From the NCBI GenBank assembly GCA_020434415.1, contig JAGRAW010000001.1, positions 1 through 42,845 of the forward strand: a DNA stretch of 42,845 nt, given 5' to 3'. Positions 42,435 to 42,845 of this stretch are shown here, piece after piece. Position 1 is the stretch's first letter. Every line of letters starts with the position of its first letter. The notes below the pieces were generated by a model, which was not told the DNA's origin, did not search any database, and worked only from the letters and a program-made list of their open reading frames with translations. The DNA is from Bdellovibrionales bacterium. GTDB lineage: Bacteria > Bdellovibrionota_C > UBA2361 > SZUA-149. Made by a program: the position numbers and the translations under genes.

Positions 42435-42845
42435 ATGAGTGTAGCTAGTCCGTTACGAACAATTGAGTTGCTCCGGGCATCGCTTGACCATCTTGAGAGT
42501 GAGAGTCTGAGACGCAGTTTGACAGAATATTCTCCAGGCTTGGAAACGGCCCTGGAGAAGCACTTCAGAGACAAAGGCAGGGCCCAAGCTGCCATGGATG
42601 ATATCCTCAAGCAGTTCGCAATGTGGTCGTATCTAGATCGAAGCGAACTCGAAATGCGGAACCGCTTTGGTATGATCGTAAAGGAACTACTTGAAATGCC
42701 TGCTACTCCGGTCGTTACGCTCGTCATCGAGCGGCAACGAGAGGAGGTGTTCCAAGACGATCTTTTTTTGACCGTATTTGACGGCAAGCAAATGATCTTC
42801 TCGAAGAAGACGGATGTCGGCCCAGACTGGAGCGACGAAATCTAA
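42435..42845 (+). CDS. Hypothetical acidic protein (orphan, lower GC)
   Basis: GAGGAG and GGGAG lie immediately upstream of the ATG. The ORF is complete and its TAA is the last codon of the window. A hand-counted 60-nt line is 48% GC. I recognise no motif. Confidence 0.5.
   Translation: MSVASPLRTIELLRASLDHLESESLRRSLTEYSPGLETALEKHFRDKGRAQAAMDDILKQFAMWSYLDRSELEMRNRFGMIVKELLEMPATPVVTLVIERQREEVFQDDLFLTVFDGKQMIFSKKTDVGPDWSDEI

Noticed and set aside
42244-42438. 64-aa highly basic ORF as a confident gene
   Set aside because: It has no Shine-Dalgarno-like sequence, starts only about 20 nt after the candidate -10 element, and has an Arg-rich composition. I kept it only as a possibility in the finding on the AT-rich edge.
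1-42845. CRISPR arrays, tRNA/rRNA genes, integrases, toxin-antitoxin or known defence-system genes
   Set aside because: I scanned the intergenic regions by eye. I found no regularly spaced direct repeats, no cloverleaf-like tRNA candidates, and no nuclease, helicase or methylase signatures typical of defence systems. Absence by eye is not proof, so an Infernal/tRNAscan/defence-HMM scan should confirm it.

Overview
This is a 42.8-kb GC-rich bacterial chromosomal window. Coding lines I hand-counted are about 60-63% GC. I could not recognise any rRNA, tRNA or CRISPR array. Contents in order:

1. **1-5.5 kb, mixed envelope and housekeeping genes.** An edge-truncated secreted protein that is missing from the ORF track, a PRTase-like protein, a small lipoprotein, a HAD-IIA phosphatase, an EamA transporter, and a secreted pectate-lyase-fold protein.
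2. **5.7-19.3 kb, a Wzx/Wzy-type polysaccharide locus.** It has a Wzy-like polymerase, two GT4 glycosyltransferases, a small initiating phosphoglycosyl transferase and a Wzx flippase. It also carries three decoration-type enzymes: a PAPS-type sulfotransferase, a CapK/PaaK-like adenylating ligase and an AsnB amidotransferase. Two unknowns complete it: a 332-aa beta-propeller-like protein translationally coupled to Wzx, and a secreted FN3/TSP3 protein with a four-fold internal repeat.
3. **19.4-21.5 kb.** nadA and a cysteine desulfurase joined by an ATGA overlap.
4. **21.6-30.8 kb, a second envelope-glycosylation block.** An ArnT/PMT-like GT-C protein with a coupled SH3b-like protein, an SDR epimerase, a UPF0104 flippase-like protein and a 787-aa polytopic protein. 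The block is split by a lower-GC insertion scar holding an orphan gene and a 5'-truncated IS66 transposase remnant with its GTAAGCG terminus.
5. **30.8-32.1 kb.** A TOBE/Mop protein and a VanZ-like protein.
6. **32.2-37.4 kb, an incomplete Tad/type-IV-pilus-like module.** Pilin with a sigma-54-like promoter, a cytochrome-c'-like protein, SspB, a CpaF ATPase, a CheY-like receiver and a degenerate TadZ/CpaE-like protein. No platform, secretin or prepilin peptidase genes are present.
7. **37.5-41.7 kb.** A LivJ-type binding protein, a TrmB regulator with a perfect upstream palindrome, and an FG-GAP repeat protein.
8. **41.7-42.8 kb.** A 0.75-kb AT-rich non-coding stretch followed by a lower-GC orphan gene.

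The best candidates for something undescribed are the sulfotransferase/ligase/amidotransferase-decorated polysaccharide locus with its two unknown proteins, the split GT-C block with a TGGAAC-N3-GTTCCA site array, and the orphan CpaF/receiver/TadZ-like module. All functional calls come from motif recognition by eye. No database search was run.
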